NCBI GenBank assembly: GCA_032718475.1 | Contig: JAUCBJ010003530.1 | Coordinates: 48,835-112,834 of the forward strand | Direction of reading: 5' to 3' | Length of the DNA stretch: 64,000 bases | Source: Nemertoderma westbladi | Lineage: Eukaryota; Animalia; Xenacoelomorpha | Shown: positions 28,369 through 41,632 of the stretch, in pieces | Layout of the letters: every line of letters begins with the position of its first letter | How positions within the stretch are numbered: position 1 is the first letter of the stretch | The notes under the pieces: generated by a model | Databases searched by the model: none | Told to the model about the DNA's origin: nothing | What the model saw: only the letters and a program-made list of their open reading frames with translations | Program-made: the position numbers and the translations under genes

Positions 28369-29794
28369 TCCACGAAGCTAAGGAAAATCAACTACTTTCG
28401 CTAAGAAAGATTTTCCTTAGCTGAGATGGTCTATTCATAGTGGGCTATTTTACTTGTATGGGGCAGATTAGTTTTTTTTTGATTCCGGAAAAAACTAGCC
28501 TTTAAAAGTACCCTGAAATTTTGCATGTATATACTACTCGACGAGGCGCATCTTTTGGGCCGGGTCTCATATCCAGGAAAAATCTGGTTTCCATGGCAAC
28601 GGACTTCAAAAAAAGTCTATGTATTTCAAGTCAATATTTATAACTCTATTTGTAGGAAAACTATAATAGATATAAACTTGGGGTTTCGCAACACAACTAT
28701 AAGGTCCATAGCAGATCCGATTGAGGCTAAATAGAAAATCCAGTTACCTTGGCAACCGGGATAAACAGATGTTAAAATTTCTAAAATGTTAATTTGAAGC
28801 CTAAGGGCAAGGTGTTATGACTTGGGACCAACCCCTACCCCCACTATATAACTTATTCTGCATCCGAATTACATTGTTCTATTTTTCAGTTACCATGACA
28901 ACCGCTGAAAACAGATGTTTTTATTCAAAACTTATTCATTTGGACATAGACTTCACGATAAAATTTTACAAAACTGGGTATGTGTTATCTGGACCAAGAG
29001 TTGGAACTTTTAGTGAAACTTAAATTATTCCAGAAATTTAGTTACCATGGTAACTCTAGTTTATTAAACTCTATATCATTCAAATCTATATTGATAACTC
29101 TATTTGTAGCAAAACTGTAATATATATAAACTTGGGGTTTTGCAACTCATCTATAAGATCCATATCCAAGCCGTTTGAGGTTAATTAGAAAATACAGTTA
29201 CCATAGCAACAAGTCTAAACAGATGTTAAAATTTATAAAATGATAATTTGAAGCACAAGTTAATAGTATTATGACTTGGGACTAACCCCTACCCCCACAA
29301 TATGACTTATTCTGCATCCGAATTACATTGTTCTATTTTTCAGTTTCCATGACAACCACTGCAAACAGATGCATTTTGATAGAAAATCGGTAATCTGGAC
29401 ATAAACTACAATATTTTCTGAAACTCAGTATATGTGTTATCTGAACCACAATCTGTACTGAATTTTTTTTCAAAGGTTAAAGCAACAGTTCCAGAGAACT
29501 CTAGTTTCCATGGGAATAGAAGTTAATTATTGGCAAATGCTAATAAACTAGGCTAAGCAACGAACCAAAGTGTGGCCGTTTGTTTAATTTTCCTTAGCTT
29601 CGTGGTTGCATTTCCTTTAGGAAATGCCTTTCTAGTTAAAGCAACAGTTCCAGAGAACTCTAGTTTCCATGGGAATAGAAGTTAATTATTTACAATTGCT
29701 ACTAAACGAAGCTAAGCAACGAACCAAAGTGTGGCCGTTTGTTTAATTTTCCTTAGCTTCGTGGTTGCATTTCCTTTAGGAAATGCCTTTCTCG
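28369..29794 (+). mobile_element. full-length copy (28369-29635) followed directly by an orphan 3' end (29636-29794)
   Basis: CTAG|TTAAAGCAACAG...second hairpin-CTCG|T. The orphan starts at the consensus CAAAGG|TTAAAG site. Confidence 0.85.
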
Positions 29795-29822
29795 TATTAC
29801 TGTTCTAAAAGAAATTGTTTAA

Positions 29823-31589
29823 TCCACGAAGCTAAGGAAAATCAACTACTTTCGCTAAGAAAGATTTTCCTTAGCTGAGATGGTCTATTCATAGTGGGCT
29901 ATTTTACTTGTATGGGGCAGATTAGTTTTTTTTTAAGTCCAGCAAAAACTAGCCTTTAAAAGTACCCTGAAATTTTGCATGTATATACTACTAGACGAGG
30001 CGCATCTTTTGGGCCGGGTCTCATATCCAGGAAAAATCTGGTTTCCATGGCAACGGACTTCAAGAAAAGTCTATGTATTTCAAGTCAATATTTATAACTC
30101 TATTTGTAGGAAAACTATAATAGATATAAACTTGGGGTTTTGCAACTCATCTATAAGATCCATATCCAAGCCGTTTGAGGTTAATTAGAAAATACAGTTA
30201 CCATAGCAACAAGTCTAAACAGATGTTAAAATTTATGAAATGATAATTTGAAGCACAAGTTAATAGTATTATGACTTGGGACTAACCCCTACCCCCACAA
30301 TATGACTTATTCTGCATCCGAATCCACGAAGCTAAGGAAAATCAACTACTTTCGCTAAGAAAGATTTTCCTTAGCTGAGATGGTCTATTCATAGTGGGCT
30401 ATTTTACTTGTATGGAGCAGATTTAGTGTTTTTTGGTCGGGGAAAAAACTAGCCTTTAAAAGTACCCTGAAATTTTGCATGTATATACAACTCATCAAGG
30501 CGCGTCGTGTGGGATGGGTCTCATCTCCAGGAAAAATCTGGTTTCCATGGCAACGGACTTAGAAAAAAGTCTATGTATTTCAAGTCAATATTTGTAACTC
30601 TATTTGTAGGAAAACTATAATACATATAAACTTGGGGTTTCTCAACACAACTATAAGGTCCATAGCAGAGCCGATTGAGGTTAAATAGAAAATCCAGTTA
30701 CCTTGGCAACCGGGCTAAACAGATGTTAAAATTTTTAAAATGTTAATTTGAAGCCTAAGGTTAAGGTGTGATGACTTGGGACCAATCCCTACCCCCACTA
30801 TATAACTTATTCTGCGTCCGAATTTGATTGTTCTATTTTGCAGTTACCTTGACAACCGCTGAAAACAGATGTTTTTATACGAAAATTATTCATTTGTACA
30901 TAGACTTCACGATAAAATTTTACGAAACTAGGTATGTGTTATCTGGACCACTAGTTGGAACTTTTAGTGAAACTCAAAACATTCCAGAAATATCTAGTTA
31001 CCATGGTAACTGTAGTTTTTTTAAAGTTATATATCATTCAAGTCTATAATCATAACTCTATTTGGAGAAAAACTGTAATATATATAAACTTGGGGTTTTG
31101 CAACTCATCTATAAGGTCCATATACAAGCCGTTCGAAGTTAATTAGAAAATCCATTTACCATTGCAACAAGAGTAAACAGATGTTAAAATTAATAAAATG
31201 ATAATTTGAAGCACAATTTAATAGTATTATGACTTGGGACCAACACCTACCCCCACTATATGACTTATTCTGCATCCGAATTACATTGTTCTATTTTTCA
31301 GTTTCCATGACAACCACTGCAAACAGATGCATTTTGATAGAAAATCTGTAATTTGGACATAAACTACAATATTTTCTGAAACTCGATGTGTTATCTGAAA
31401 AACAATCTGGACTGAATCTTTTTTCAAAGGTAAAACCAACAGTTCCAGAGAACTCTAGTTTCCATGGGAATAGAAGTTATTTATTGGCAAATGCTACTAA
31501 ACTAGGCTAAGCAACGAACCAAATTGTGGCCGTTTGTTTAATTTTCCTTAGCTTCGTGGTTGCATTTCCTTTAGGAAATGCCTTTCTAG
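29823..31589 (+). mobile_element. 5' fragment (29823-30322, one internal repeat deleted) interrupted by a full copy (30323-31589)
   Basis: GCATCCGAA|TCCACG junction at 30322/30323; end CTAG|T at 31589. Confidence 0.85.
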
Positions 31590-31685
31590 TATTAAATATT
31601 TGTCATCTTCTAAAGTCTATTTATAAACCAAAAGACATATAAATTTAGCAGGTTAAACTGCTAAAGGTCTTCAAAAGCGCGTACA

Positions 31686-33468
31686 GCAGATTTGGGGTTT
31701 TTTGATTCCGGAAAAAACTAGCCTTTAAAAGTACCCTGAAATTTTGCATGTATGTACTACTCGTCGAGGCGCATCGTGTGGGATGGGTCTCATATCCAGG
31801 AAAAATCTGGTGTCCATGGCAACGGACTTAGAAAAAAGTCTATGTATTTCAAGTCAATATTTATAACTATATTTGTAGGAAAACTATAATAGATATAAAC
31901 TTGGGGTTTCTCAACTCAACTATAAGGTCCATAGCAGAGCCGATTGAGGTTAAATAGAAAATCCAGTTACCTTGGCAACCGGGCTAAATAGATGTTAAAA
32001 TTTATAAAATGTTAATTTGAAGCCTAAGGTTAATGTGTGATGATTTGGGACCAACCCCTACCCCCACTATATGACTTATTCTGCATCCGAATTCGATTGT
32101 TCTATTTTTCAGTTACCATGACAACCGCTGAAAACAGATGTTTTTATACAAAAATAACTCATTTGGACATATAGACTTCGCGATAAAATTTTACAAAACT
32201 GGGTATGTGTTATCTGGACCACTAGTTGGAACTTTTAGTGAAACTTAAATTATTCCAGAAATTTAGTTACCATGGTAACTGTAGTTTATTAAACTCTATA
32301 TCATTCAAGTCTATATTGATAACTGTATTTGTAGCAAAACTGTAATATATATAAACTTGGGGTTTTGCAACTCATATATAAGATCCATATCCAAGCCGTT
32401 TGAGGTTAATTAGAAAATACAGTTACCATAGCAACAAGTCTAAACAGATGTTAAAATTTATAAAATGTTAATTTGAAGCCTAAGGTTAAGGTGTTATGAC
32501 TTGGGAAACCCCTACCCCCACTATATGACTTTTTCTGCATCCGAATTACATTGTTCTATTTTTCAGTTTCCATGACAACCACTGCAAACAGATGCATTTT
32601 GATAGAAAATCGGTAATAAAATGTTAATTTGAAGCCTAAGGTTAATGTGTGATGACTTGGGACCAACCCCTACCCCCACTATATTACTTATTCTGCATCC
32701 GAATTACATTGTTATATTTTTCAGTTACCATGACAACCGCAGAAAACAGATGTTTTTATACAAAAATTATTCATTTGGACATAGACTTCGCGATAAAATT
32801 TTACAAAACTGGGTATGTGTTATCTGGACCTCTGGTTTGAACTTTTAGTGAAACTTAAATTATTCCAGAAATTTAGTTACCATGGTAACTGTAGTTTATT
32901 AAACTCTATATCATTCAAGTCTATATTGATAACTCTATTTGTGGCAAAACTGTAATATATATAAACTTGGGGTTTTGCAACTCATCTATAAGATCCATAT
33001 CCAAGCCGTTTGAGGTTAATTAGAAAATACAGTTACCATAGCAACAAGTCTAAACAGATGTTAAAATTTATAAAATGATAATTTGAAGCACAAGTTAATA
33101 GTATTATGACTTGGGACTAACCCCTACCCCCACTATATGACTTATTCTGCATCCGAATTACATTGTTCTATTTTTCAGTTTCCATGACAACCACTGCAAA
33201 CAGATGCATTTTGATAGAAAATCGGTAATTTGGACATAAACTACAATATTTTCTGAAACTCGGAAAGTGTTATCTGAACCACAATCTGTACTGAATTTTT
33301 TTTCAAAGGTTAAACCAACAGTTCCAGAGAACTCTAGTTTCCATGGGAATAGAAGTTAATTATTGACAAATGCTACTAAACGAGGCTAAGCAACGAACCA
33401 AAGTGTGGCAGTTTGTTTAATTTTCCTTAGCTTCGTGGTTGCATTTCCTTTAGGAAATGCCTTTCTCG
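31686..33468 (+). mobile_element. Helitron-like copy lacking the normal 5' end, with an internal duplication
   Basis: Homology begins at GCAGATTTGGGG; extra repeat unit from ~32617; ends CTCG|T. Confidence 0.8.
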
Positions 33469-33476
33469 TAATTATA

Positions 33477-36208
33477 TCCACGAAGTTAAGGAAAATCAAC
33501 TACTTTCGCTAAGAAAGATTTTCCTTAGCTGAGATGGTCTATTCATAGTGGGCTATTTTACTTGTATGAGGCAGATTTGGGGTTTTTTGACCGGTGAAAA
33601 AACTAGCCTTTAAAAGTACCCTGAAATTTTGCATGTATATACTACTCGTCGAGGCGCATCTTTTGGGCTGGGTCTCATATCCAGGAAAAATCTGGTTTCC
33701 ATGGCAACGGACTTAGAAAAAAGTCTATGTATTTCAAGTCAATATTTATAACTCTATTTGTAGGAAAACTATAATACATATATACTTGGGGTTTCTCAAC
33801 TCAACTATAAGGTCCATAGCAGAGCCGACTGAGGTTCAATAGAAAATCCAGTTGCCTTGGCAACTGGGCTAGACAGATGTTAAAATTTACAAAATGTTAA
33901 TTTGAAGCCTAAGGAGAAGGTGTTATGTCTTGGGACCAACCCCTACCCCCACTATATGAGTTATTCTGCGTCCGAATTTCATTGTTTAATTTTGCAGTTA
34001 CCATGACAACCGCTGAAACAGATGTTTTTATACGAAAATAACTCATTTGGACATAGACTTCACGATAAAATTTTACGAAACTGGATATGTGTTATCTGGA
34101 CCACTAGTTCGAACTTTTAGTGAAACTCAAAACATCCCAGAAATATCTAGTTACCATGGTAACTGTAGTTTATTAAAGTCTATATTATTCAAGTCTATAT
34201 TCATAACTCTATTCGGAGCAAAACTGTAATATATATAAACTTGGGGTTTTGCAACTCATCTATAAGGTCCATATACAAACCGTTCGAGGTTAATTTGAAA
34301 ATCCAGCTACCATAGCAACAAGACTATACAGATGTTAAAATTTATAAAATGATAATTTGAAGCACAAGTTAATAGTATTATGACTTGGGACCAACACCTA
34401 CCCCCACTATATGACTTATTCTGCATCCGAATTACATTGTTCTATTTTTCAGTTTCCCTGACAACCACTGCAAACAAACCGATGCATTTTCATAGAAAAT
34501 CGGTAATTTGGACATAAACTACAATATTTTCTGAAATTCGGTATATATGTTAATGTTATCTGAACCACAATCTGGACTAAATCTTTTTTCAAAGGTTAAA
34601 CCAACAGTTCCAGAAAACTGTCCACGAAGCTAAGGAAAATCAACTACTTTCGCTAAGAAAGATTTTCCTTAGCTGAGATGGTGTATTCATAGTGGGCTAT
34701 TTTACTTGTATGGGGCAGATTTGGTTTTTTTTGACCCCCGGCAAATCTAGCCTTTAAAAGTACCCTGAAATTTTGCATGTATATACTACTCGACGAGGCG
34801 CATCTTTTGGGCCGGGTCTCATATCCAGGAAAAATCTGGTTTCCATGGCAACGGACTTATAAAAAAGTCTATGTATTTCAAGTCAATATTTATAACTCTA
34901 TTTGTAGAAAAACTACTAGAAAGGCATTTCCTAAAGGAAATGCAACCACGAAGCTAAGGAAAATTAAACAAAGGGCCACAATTTGGTTTGTTGCTTAGCC
35001 TAGTTTAGTAGCATTTGCCAATAAATAACTTATATTCCCATGGAAACTAGAGTTCTCTGGAACTGTTGGTTTTACCTTTGAAAAAAGATTCAGTCCAGAT
35101 TGTGGTTCAGATAACACATACCAAGTTTCAGAAAATATTGTAGTTTATGTCCAAATTAGCGATTTTCTATTAAAATGCAACTGTTTGCAGTGGTTGTCAT
35201 GGAAACTGAAAAATAGAACAATGTAATTCGGATGCAGAATAAGTCATATAATGGGGGTAGGTCTTGGTCCCAAGTCATAATACTATTAACTTGTGCTTCA
35301 AATTATCATTTTATAAATTTTGCCCAACAGAAGTAAAACAGATGTTAAAATTTTTAAAATGTTAATTTGAGGCCTAAGGGCAAGGTGTTATGACTTGGGA
35401 CCAACCCCTACCCCCATTATATAACTTATTCTGCATTCGAATTACATTGTTCTATTTTTCAGTTACCATGACAACCGCTGAAAACAGATGTTTTTATTCA
35501 AAACTTATTCATTTGGACAAAGACTTCACGATAAAATTTTACAAAACTGGGTATGTGTTATCTGGACCACTAGTTGGAACTTTTAGTGAAACTTAAATTA
35601 TTCCAGAAATTTAGTTACCATGGTAACTGTAGTTTTATTAAACTCTATATCATTCAAATCTATATTGATAACTCTATTTGTAGCAAAACTGTAATATATA
35701 TAAACTTGGGGTTTTGCAACTCATCTATAAGATCCATATCCAAGCCATTTGAGGTTAATTAGAAAATACAGTTACCATAGCAACAAGTCTAAACAGATGT
35801 TAAAATTTATAAAATGATAATTTGAAGCACAAGTTAATAGTATTATGACTTGGGACTAACCCCTACCCCCACTATATGACTTATTCTGCATCCAAATTAC
35901 ATTGTTCTATTTTTCAGTTTCCATGACAACCACTGCAAACAGATGCATTTTGATAGAAAATCGGTAATTTGGACATAAACTACAATATTTTCTGAAACTC
36001 AGTATATGTGTTATCTGAACCACAATCTGTACTGAATTTTTTTTCAATGGTTAAGCAACAGTTCCAGAGAACTCTAGTTTCAATGGGAATATAAGTTAAT
36101 TATTTGCAAATGCTACTAAACTAGGCTAAGCAACAAACCAAATTGTGGCCGTTTGTTTAATTTTCCTTAGCTTCGTGGTTGCATTTCCTTTAGGAAATGC
36201 CTTTCTAG
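33477..36208 (+). mobile_element. composite: copy 33477-34620 interrupted by copy 34621-36208, which contains an inverted 3' fragment
   Basis: AAAACTG|TCCACG at 34620/34621; terminal CTAG|T at 36208. Confidence 0.82.
34916..35321 (-). mobile_element. only minus-strand fragment of the family (3' 406 bp)
   Basis: Plus strand reads CTAGAAAGGCATTTCCTAAAGGAAATGCAACCACGAAGC, the reverse complement of the 3' end. Inserted in the host at AAAACTA|TAATAG, an A|T site on the minus strand. Confidence 0.9.
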
Positions 36209-36496
36209 TAAAATATTACCGATAATTATATTAGTACGGGCTCTGGCGGCGTTAAGCGCAATACCCGAAGGTAAATTAACGAGACTATTATTTTTGGATG
36301 GAGGACCATGTTAGACGTCAGAACACAGTTGGTGATCGGTATAGCTAATTTGCATTCTAGAACTACAGGCCAAAAACAAGCTAGCTAGCCGACCCCTACC
36401 TAACTCTATGTTGGGCCCTCTGGTTGAATATAAATGCAATCATTTTTTTCAATTGAACATTTTTCTTATAGAGGGAAGACCGGCGATTAATATAAA

Positions 36497-39400
36497 TCCA
36501 CGAAGCTAAGGAAAATCAACTACTTTCGCTAAGAAAGATTTTCCTTAGCTGAGATGGTCTATTCATAGTGGGCTATTTTACTTGTGTGAGGCAGATTTAG
36601 TGTTTTTTGGTCGGGGAAAAAACTAGCCTTTAAAAGTACCCTGAAATTTTGCATGTATGTACTACTCATCGAGGCGCGTCGTGTGGGATGGGTCTCATAT
36701 TCAGGAAAAATCTGGTTTCCATGGCAACGGACTTAGAAAAAGTCTATGTATTTCAAGTCAATATTTATAACTCTATTTGTAGGAAAACTATAATACATAT
36801 AAACTTGGGATTTCTCAACTCAACTATAAGGTCCATAGCAGAGCCGATTGAGGTTAAATAGAAATTCCAGTTACCTTGGCAACCGGGCTAAACAGATGTT
36901 GAAATTTATAAAATGTTAATTTGAAGCCTAAGGTTAATGTGTTATGTCTTGGGACCAACCCCTACCCCCACTATATGACTTATTCTGCGTCCGAATTTCA
37001 TTGTTTAATTTTGCAGTTACCATGACAACCGCTGAAAACAGATGTTTTTATCCACGAAGCTAAGGAAAATCAACTACTTTCGCTAAGAAAGATTTTCCTT
37101 AGCTGAGATGGTCTATTCATAGTGGGCTATTTTACTTGTGTGAGGCAGATTTGGGGTTTTTTGATAGGCGAAAAAACTAGCCTTTAAAAGTACCCTGAAA
37201 TTTTGCATGTATATACTACTCGACGAGGCGCATCTTTTGGGCCGGGTCTCATATCCAGGAAAAATCTGGTTTCCATGGCAACGGACTTCAAAAAAAGTCT
37301 ATGTATTGAAAGTCAATATTTATAACTCTATTTGTAGGAAAACTATAATAGATATAAACTTGGGGTTTCGCAACACAACTATAAGGTCCATAGCAGATCC
37401 GATTGAGGCTAAATAGAAAATCCAGTTACCTTGGCAACCGGGATAAACAGATGTTAAAATTTATAAAATGTTAATTTGAAGCCTAAGGGCAAGGTGTTAT
37501 GACTTGGGACCAACCCCTACCCCCACTATATAACTTATTCTGCATCCGAATTACATTGTTCTATTTTTCAGTTACCATGACAACCGCTGAAAACAGATGT
37601 TTTTATTCAAAACTTATTCATTTGGACATAGACTTCACGATAAAATTTTACAAAACTGGGTATGTGTTATCTGGACCACTAGTTGGAACTTTTAGTGAAA
37701 CTCAAAACATTCCAGAAATATCTAGTTACCGTGGTAACTGGAGTTTATTACAGATTATATCATTCAAGTCTATATTCATAACTCTATTTGTAGAAAAACC
37801 GCAATAGATATAAACTTGGGGTTTCTCAACTCAACTATAAGGTTCATATCCAAGCCGTTCGAGGTTAATTAGAAATTCCAGTCACCATAGCAACAAGACT
37901 AAACAGATATTAAAATTTATAAAATGATAATTTGAAGCACAAGTTAATAGTATTATGACTTGGGACCAACACCTACCCCCACTATATGACTTATTCTGCA
38001 TCCGAATTACATTGTTCTATTTTTCAGTTTCCATGACAACCACTACAAACAGATGCATTTTGATAGAAAATCGGTAATTTGGACATAAACTACAATATTT
38101 TCTAAAACTCAGTACATGTGTTATCTGAACCACAATCTGTACTGAATTTTTTTTCAAAGGTTAAAGCAACAGTTCCAGCGAACTCTAGTTTCCATGGGAA
38201 TAGAAGTTAATTATTGACAATTGCTACTAAACGAGGCTAAGCAAGCAACGAACCAAAGTGTGGCCGTTTGTTTAATTTTCCTTAGCTTCGTGGTTGCATT
38301 TCCTTTAGGAAATGCCTTTCTCGTACAAAAATAACTCATTTGGACATAGACTTCGCGATAAAATTTTACGAAATTGGATATGTGTTATCTGGACCACTAG
38401 TTGAAACTTTTAGTAAAACCTAAAACATTCCATAAATATCTTGTTACCATGGTAACTGGAGTTTATTAAAGTCGATATCATTCAAGTCTAAATTCAATAC
38501 TCTATTTGCAGCAAAATAATGTAATAAATATAAATTTGGGGTTTTGCAAGTCATCTGTAAGGTCCATATACAATCCATTCGAGGTTAATTACACAATCCA
38601 ATTACCATAGCAACAAGACTAAACAGATGTTAAAATTTCTAAAATGATAATTTGAAACACAAGTTAATAGTATTATGACTTGGGACCAAGACCTACCCCC
38701 ATTATATGACTTATTCTGCATCCGAATTACATTGTTCTATTTTTCAGTTTCCATGACAACCACTGCAAACAGATGCATTATGATAGAAAATCGGTAATTT
38801 GGACATAAACTACAATCCACGAAGCTAAGGAAAATCAACTACTTTCGCTAAGAAAGATTTTCCTTAGCTGAGATGGTCTATTCATAGTGGGCTATTTTAC
38901 TTGTGTGAGGCAGATTTGGGGTTTTTTGATAGGCGAAAAAACTAGCCTTTAAAAGTACCCTGAAATTTTGCATGTATATACTACTCGACGAGGCGCATCT
39001 TTTGGGCCGGGTCTCATATCCAGGAAAAATCTGGTTTCCATGGCAACGGACTTCAAAAAAAGTCTATGTATTTCAAGTCAATATTTATAACTCTATTTGT
39101 AGGAAAACTATAATAGATATAAACTTGGGGTTTCGCAACACAACTATAAGGTCCATAGCAGATCCGATTGAGGCTAAATAGAAAATCCAGTTACCTTGGC
39201 AACCGGGATAAACAGATGTTAAAATTTATAAAATGTTATTTTGAAGCCTAAGGGCAAGGTGTTATGACTTGGGACCAACCCCTACCCCCACTATATAACT
39301 TATTCTGCATCCGAATTACATTGTTCTATTTTTCAGTTACCATGACAACCGCTGAAAACATATGTTTTTATTCAAAACTTATTCATTTGGACATAGACTT

Positions 39401-41575
39401 CACGATAAAATTTTACAAAACTGGGAATGTGTTATCTGGACCACTAGTTGGAACTTTTAGTGAAACTTAAATTATTCCAGAAATTTAGTTACCATGGTAA
39501 CTGTAGTTTATTAAACTCTATATCATTCAAATCTATATTGATAACTCTATTTGTAGCAAAACTGTAATATATATAAACTTGGGGTTTTGCAACTCATCTA
39601 TAAGATCCATATCCAAGCCGTTTGAGGTTAATTAGAAAATACAGTTACCATAGCAACAAGTCTAAACAGATGTTAAAATTTATAACATGATAATTTGAAG
39701 CACAAGTTAATAGTATTATGACTTGGGACTAACCCCTACCCCCACTATATGACTTATTCTGCATCCGAATTACATTGTTCTATTTTTCAGTTTCCATGAC
39801 AACCACTGCAAACAGATGCATTTTGATAGAAAATCGGTAATTTGGACATAAACTACAATATTTTCTGAAACTCAGTATATATATGTGTTATCTGAACCAC
39901 AATTTGTACTGAATTTTTTTTCAAAGGTTAAAGCAACAGTTCCAGAGAACTCTAGTTTCCATGGGAATAGAAGTTAATTATTGACAATTGCTACTAAACG
40001 AGGCTAAGCAACGAACCAAAGTGTGGCCGTTTGTTTAATTTTCCTTAGCTTCGTGGTTGCATTTCCTTTAGGAAATGCCTTTCTCGTATTTTCTGAAACT
40101 TGGTCCACGAAGCTAAGGAAAATCAACTACTTTCGCTAAGAAAGATTTTCCTTAGCTGAGATGGTCTATTCATAGTGGGCTATTTTACTTGTATGAGGCA
40201 GATTTGGGGTTTTTTGATAGGTGAAAAAACTAGCCTTTAAAAGTACCCTGAAATTTTGCATGTATATACTACTCGACGAGGCGCATCTTTTGGGCCGGGT
40301 CTCATATCCAGGAAAAATCTGGTTTCCATGGAAACGGACTTCAAATAAAGTCTATGTATTTCAAGTCAATATTTATAACTCTATTTGTAGGAAAACTATA
40401 ATAGATATAAACTTGGGGTTTCGCAACACAACTATAAGGTCCATAGCAGATCCGATTGAGGCTAAATAGAAAATCCAGTTACCTTGGCAACCGGGATAAA
40501 CAGATATTAAAATTTATAAAATGTTAATTTGAGGCCTAAGGGCAAGGTGTTATGACTTGGGACCAACCCCTACCCCCAGTATATAACTTATTCTGCATCC
40601 GAATTACATTGTTCTATTTTTCAGTTACCATGACAACCGCTGAAAACAGATGTTTTTATTCAAAACTTATTCATTTGGACATAGACTTCACGATAAAATT
40701 TTACAAAACTGGGTATGTGTTATCTGGACCACTAGTTGGAACTTTTAGTGAAACTTAAATTATTCCAGAAATTTAGTTACCATGGTAACTGTAGTTTATT
40801 AAACTCTATATCATTCAAATCTATATTGATAACTCTATTTGTAGCAAAACTGTAATATATATAAACTTGGGGTTTTGCAACTCATCTATAAGATCCATAT
40901 CCAAGCCGTTTGAGGTTAATTAGAAAATACAGTTACCATAGCAACAAGTCTAAACAGATGTTAAAATTTATAAAATGATAATTTGAAGCACAAGTTAATA
41001 GTATTATGACTTGGGACTAACCCCTACCCCCACTATATGACTTATTCTGCATCCGAATTACATTGTTCTATTTTTCAGTTTCCATGACAACCACTGCAAA
41101 CAGATGCATTTTGATAGAAAATCGATTATTTGGACATAAACTACAATATTTTCTAAAACTCAGTATATGTGTTATCTGAACCACAATCTGTACTGAATTT
41201 TTTTTCAAAGGTTAAAGCAACAGTTCCAGAGAACTCTAATTTCCATGGGAATAAAAGTTAATTATTGACAATTGCTACTAAACGAAGCTAAGCAACAAAC
41301 CAAAGTGTGGCCGTTTGTTTAATTTTCCTTAGCTTCGTGGTTGCATTTCCTTTAGGAAATGCCTTTCTCGTATGTGTTATCTGAACCACAATCTGGACTG
41401 AATCTTTTTTCAAAGGTAAAACCAACAGTTCCAGAGAATTCTAGTTTCCATGGGAATATAAGTTATTTATTGGCAAATGCTACTAAACTAGGCTAAGCAA
41501 CAAACCAAATTGTGGCCCTTTGTTTAATTTTCCTTAGCTTCGTCTTTGCATTTCCTTTAGGAAATGCCTTTCTAG
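36497..41575 (+). mobile_element. host copy split into four pieces by three nested copies (37051-38323, 38816-40086, 40104-41370)
   Basis: Removing the inserts restores GTTTTTA|TACAAAAA, CTACAA|TATTTTC and ACTTGG|TATGTG. The pieces total 554+492+17+205 = 1268 bp. Confidence 0.93.
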
Positions 41576-41632
41576 TACAAATATATCGCCACTTTTATTT
41601 TTTAAATGCGATAAATTTACATGAGAACAAAA

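Larger units (their letters stand above)
24419..29328. repeat. 2441-bp tandem segmental duplication (two copies)
   Basis: Identical ORFs and variants offset by exactly 2441 (24733/27174, 25151/27592, 25491/27932, 26084/28525, 26376/28817), including the unique spacer TAAGATAATTATATAAAATATTACCGA. Confidence 0.92.
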
